Below, one piece after another: positions 59,686-64,000 of a DNA stretch of 64,000 nucleotides (position 1 is the stretch's first letter; each line of letters begins with the position of its first letter). A program made the position numbers and the translations under genes. The stretch lies in NCBI GenBank assembly GCA_030390025.1, contig CM059438.1, forward strand, positions 57,972,001-58,036,000, read 5' to 3'. The notes below the pieces were generated by a model. It made no database searches. It had not been told where the DNA came from and saw only the letters and a list, made by a program, of their open reading frames with translations. This DNA comes from Squalus acanthias (Eukaryota).

Positions 59686-61850
59686 GGGGGGAGAAATTGC
59701 TCCCGTCAGGAACCCATGCACAGACATGGAGCGCCAATATAATCAGAGCCATGTAGCAGCAAGGGTTCTGATTGAGTGGACCATTGCCACCCTGAAACAA
59801 TGTCTCCGAAAATAACTCGGAGGTGCGTTCGGAGTGCGGGGGGGGGGGGGCGGCCAATAGCGGGTGGGAAACCCAGAAGAACTTTCAGTGCATCTGTCTG
59901 TGGCATTTTAACACAGCCACCTAATTAGAATATTACTTCCGGGTTTGGCGTCGAATTTGCGGCAGTGGGCACGGTGCGGACCCGCATGCCGCGATCTCAA
60001 CTCAAGTATTTAGAGGACCAATCCAAAGATGGAATTTGGAGGTATTGGGAGGATTTGCACAGAGACAGCAATTGCAGAAGAGGGACTCAGGTCGAACAAT
60101 CCCCCTAAGGTGCACGGGCGCGTGGCTGTCCATCGATCCGGTGGTCCCGCACAGGCCGCTCGCCAGCTGCTGCTGCTGGAAAAGATATCGCGCATGCGCG
60201 GCTGCGCAGCAAATTTGAAGGGGCTGTGCATGGAAAAAAAAATTAGAGGGAACGTTGCTCAGGACACTCAGAGGTTGTGCCCCGTTTTAACAATGCTTCG
60301 TTTGATGTACTGGTGGTGGCAGTGAGGAGTCATAGAGAGCTATTCTTCCCCAGTAATGGGATGGAGAAACCTACTGCTACCACAAAGAGATGTGGCTGGA
60401 TGTGGGCGAGGAGGTCAGCAGCAGTAGCATTGTGCCACGCTCCTGGCTTCAGTGCAGGAAGCACTTTAATGACCTAACCAGGTCAGGAAAGTTGAGCACA
60501 GTTGCACATTCACCTACATCCAAGCATACTTCATCACATCACAGCATACTTCATCACATCACTCCTCACACCCATTTACTTTGCAAGCGCATCCATCGTT
60601 CTCTTTCAGTGTTTCAGCGTCCCTGGCCATCAGAGATGGGGAGATCCCAGCTACCTGGTGACACAATTAAATATCAGCAACCTACATGGCACTCAGTCAT
60701 GTTGACTTCATTTCAGCAGTGAGTGAATTATGTTCATCTTCATTATAAATTGCAACATTCTTACCTTGCCAGTACTAATTCATATCTCTCCTCCAGGAAC
60801 TTCATGTATGCAGCAGCAGTCTGCAGACCTCACAGATGACGAATCCTCAGACGAGCTGATTCCTTCTGAGGGTGCACCGTCACAGGACTCATGCTTAACA
60901 TGCATGATACTCGCACTTTGGTGAGTCCAGTTAGACAGATAGTTGGGTTTTCACCTGGTGACTCACACTTCACAAGTGAGTAAGAGCAGACAGTGGTGGC
61001 AGTCAGCTGTGGAGAATCGACGTCGGAGGGCGCAGCCCGCTCCTAGCTCTACTTAGCTTGACTCAGATGCTGTACCTCGGAGGCCATTGATGAAAAGAAT
61101 AAACACTGAGGGGCAGCAGAAAATCTGTGACGTACTGGCAGGCCTTCCATGCATACTGTCCACAATTGCAGACAGAATGAAGGAGTCCACCTTAAGCATG
61201 ACTGGGTTGATGTCGCAGGACATTGCAAAGATGTCTTCTGCCATGAATAGAGTGGCCAGTTCCATGGAACATCAATCGCAGCAATCAAATGAGTCCATGC
61301 ATGCCTTGACCACAGCCGTGCAGACTCTGGATGCCAACATGTCCCGCGCCTTAAATAGGATGACAGACACTTTAGCCCTACAGCGCCCATGATCTGCACC
61401 AGGCTGCTCTCCAGCAGAGCAGTAGGAGTGAAGTGTGGCTCACCCATGAGAGAGATGATGGCGAAAGGGGACATGGAAGTGGGAACTCCACTCAAAGCGC
61501 TCCCATTTCTAATCTGTTGCGCCCCCGCACCCCTGCCCCCTCCCACCCCAAGTCAGTACCCGACATGCTGCCTCCTTTCCCAATGGCTGAGTGTGCCCCT
61601 GCACAGGTGCAGGTGGAGGAGTCTTTGGGGGGCCCTCACGAGCTCCAACACCCAGAGGTCATCAGGAAAGAGCATCTCAACAGTCAGAGCAGTGATCTGA
61701 GCAGCCTGCCTCTACCTCTGCTCAAACCACAGGGGTTGCACCACATAGGAGTAGTAGGAAAGGGAAGAGTAAAGTTTTGTAGTTGCACAAGGGTATGCAC
61801 ATGGGTGTATGAGAAAATGTTATGTTGTTAAGTTTCCGTTGTTCAGTAGA
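59686..61850 (+). mobile_element. Harbinger left end plus decayed Myb/SANT gene, with a hAT MITE at about 60096-60257
   Basis: ggggagaaattg TIR; PRFNNASFDVLV..ELFFP; WLQCRKHFNDLTRSGK. Confidence 0.8.
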
Positions 61851-62701
61851 ATCACATAAAATTTATTACTTTGCACCACGTTCCCATGTTGTGCATTCTT
61901 GGTTGCTGGGTGGCAACTCGCCTTTTCTGCTGATAGACAGCATTACTAGGGGATGGGCAGTCGGGATGCGAGGTTGTGCTAGATGGGTCAAGCTTATGGG
62001 CCTGCTGGTCTTTTCTTGCTCTTTTGTTGGAATGTTGAGAAATCATGGACAAAATGTTTCATTTTTTAATCACAACTACAGTACTTTAAACAGTGTGCAG
62101 CTTCAACAACAAACACAAGTGCATTGATCATGCCTCCTTTCTTGATTCTCTTCCCACACATTCAAGATTAGGGAGGGAAGAATTCACGTTTGAGTTTAAA
62201 ATGTAGGGCTTATGCTGGACTGGTTGCAAAGTCAGCACTCCACATTTTCTGAACAGGCCACATGTCCAGCAATACTGGACCACTATTGCTATCGCTGCAA
62301 TTTCAAATGCACCAGCTTCTTTTTGTTGTTTCATAAGACTCATTTTCGAAATTGTACTTGATTCTGAAATGTGTAGTCTAATTGAGCTTTTACTACATCC
62401 TCCATATCCTGCAAGAAGTCCATCAAGGACAGCAGTGGAGGTTCCTGGCAGCCACATCCTGACACTTATGCCAAGATGCACTGAATTGCAGATTTTCCGG
62501 GTGATAAGCCAGTAGGGAGGTTTTTAAAACAGTGAATCAAAGTGTAAAACACTTCAGAAGGGCATAGACAGGTTAACGAATGAGTAGGCAGCCTGGCAGA
62601 TGCAATTTAATCGGAGGAAAAGCAAGGAATGCGTGTACATATTCAATGGAAGATGCTGAAGGGTGTGGAGGGATAATGACTGCTAGGAATCCAAATACAT
62701 A

Positions 62702-63285
62702 GGGGGAGAAATTGGGTAGGGCCTGACTAGAGGTGCGAAAATGGCTATGATACACGCCTGAAGAGAAACCAGTGAACTGTGGGCGCCACTTGGCCGCACT
62801 GACACAGCTCGTTGGTCAGGCTCAGTGCACAATCAGCCAGCTTGGATGTTGAGGGGTGGGTGGCAAACGTGAGGGGGGCAACTGCGGATCGGCAGAGGCC
62901 CGCAGTATTGCTGTGGAACCAGGAGGAGCACTGCTATTCCTTCTGACTCCACATTATGGTAAGTTAAAAAAAAGTTTACTTACCTTGTATCCAGCAGTCC
63001 CAATAAGAACTGCTGGTTAAGCTGCTGTAGAACCGGATAAATTCGTTGGAGCTTGTGTATGCAAGCTCTGCATAGTTTTTTGACCTACTTCAGATCGGGG
63101 TCCTAAAACAAGCTCAAGACCCTTAATTAGCATATGCAGGCGCCCAGGACCTAAATACCGCCTGATACAACTTTGCCTTCAGCACACTTCAGGGTGAATC
63201 GGGCGTGGGGCATAGCACCCCTAAATTCATGTTTTGCCCCGTTTTATGCCCAAAAAATGGGCGCAACGCATATCAATTTCTCCCC
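62702..63285. mobile_element. Harbinger MITE
   Basis: GGGGGAGAAATTG / CAATTTCTCCCC, ATA on both flanks. Confidence 0.8.
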
Positions 63286-63369
63286 ATAATTCCTTGAAAC
63301 TCCAAATGCGGATAGGTAAACCACAAAAAAAAGGCAAATAGCAGTTTAGTTTTATAAAAAAGGGCAAAG

Positions 63370-63665
63370 TTTACAAGAGCAAGGAAGTAATGACTCAATG
63401 ACAAGTCAGGAATTTGAAATTGTCCTGAGAGAGTAAGAAGAGATGTTAGAAGAAATTTCTTGATGCAGAGTTGTTGGATCATTATAGTACTTTGCCACAG
63501 GGATTAGTTGAGGGAGAGAACATTGCACCTTTTAAAGGAAATATGGATAAATATTTGAAGCAGAGGAGGACGCAGGGCTATGGGGAGACAGCTAGGTAGT
63601 AGGACAAAGAGCCGGCAGACTCAATGGGCTGAATTGCCCCCTTTTGTGGCCTAAATTTCTATGTT
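63370..63665 (+). mobile_element. Old CR1 3' end
   Basis: Degenerate RRNFLMQRV.. and tail. Confidence 0.65.
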
Positions 63666-63770
63666 AAATTATATCAATTTCCACTTCACTCCACAGAAAA
63701 ACCTTCATTACTTTGTTATGCACTGAAGTTACCATTTTTCTACATATATAGATATTAACAAAATGCTCAC

Positions 63771-63898
63771 AAAGTCTCCTTTTCTTCTATAGTAAAATTT
63801 ATTGGGCATGTTCTGCAACCATTGAGGACTTCAGAACCAAGACCTAGAATAACTAGTACGGATCCAATTAAAATGGAAAGATTTTCAATTTTTGGCAT
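63771..63898 (-). CDS. Candidate first coding exon with signal peptide
   Basis: MPKIENLSILIGSVLVILGLGSEVLNGCRTCPINFTIEEKET, donor gtgagc (phase 2), NFT sequon; link to the downstream exons not proven. Confidence 0.55.
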
Positions 63899-64000
63899 GG
63901 AATAAGCATTCTGAGGTCAGAGTTACATATGTTACATAGGATAAAGGTCTCTGATGTGCATTGAGAGACAGTCATCCGAACAGTCTGGACTAAATTAAAA

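Noticed and set aside
62128..62481. 117-aa ORF in unique DNA
   Set aside because: No recognisable domain, weak splice sites, phases do not fit

Overview
Repeat-dense vertebrate DNA. The repeat complement (CR1 LINEs with esterase ORF1, HE1/V-SINE, Deu-domain SINEs, Penelope-like elements, Harbinger elements with spliced Myb/SANT genes) points to a cartilaginous fish; this is an inference. Most of the window is nested transposon sequence: an RT-less Gypsy element, two full-length and many truncated CR1s, a reconstructable two-gene Harbinger carrying a stack of later insertions, hAT, pogo and Harbinger MITEs, and a solo LTR. Between them lie minus-strand exons of an unidentified type I membrane glycoprotein gene (signal peptide, Ser/Thr-rich stalk, TM exon). 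Main observations: (1) a conserved U_UUA_AAC -1 frameshift heptamer at the ORF1/ORF2 junction of both full-length CR1s, with no conserved ORF2 AUG; (2) four minimal hammerhead ribozyme cores from Penelope termini, two in a perfect 103-bp foldback with a 13-bp target duplication; (3) inverted Penelope repeats bracketing an in-frame skippable two-exon cassette of the host gene; (4) a covarying hairpin and monomer arrays in the CR1 5' UTRs. Boundaries of degraded repeats were read by eye and are approximate.
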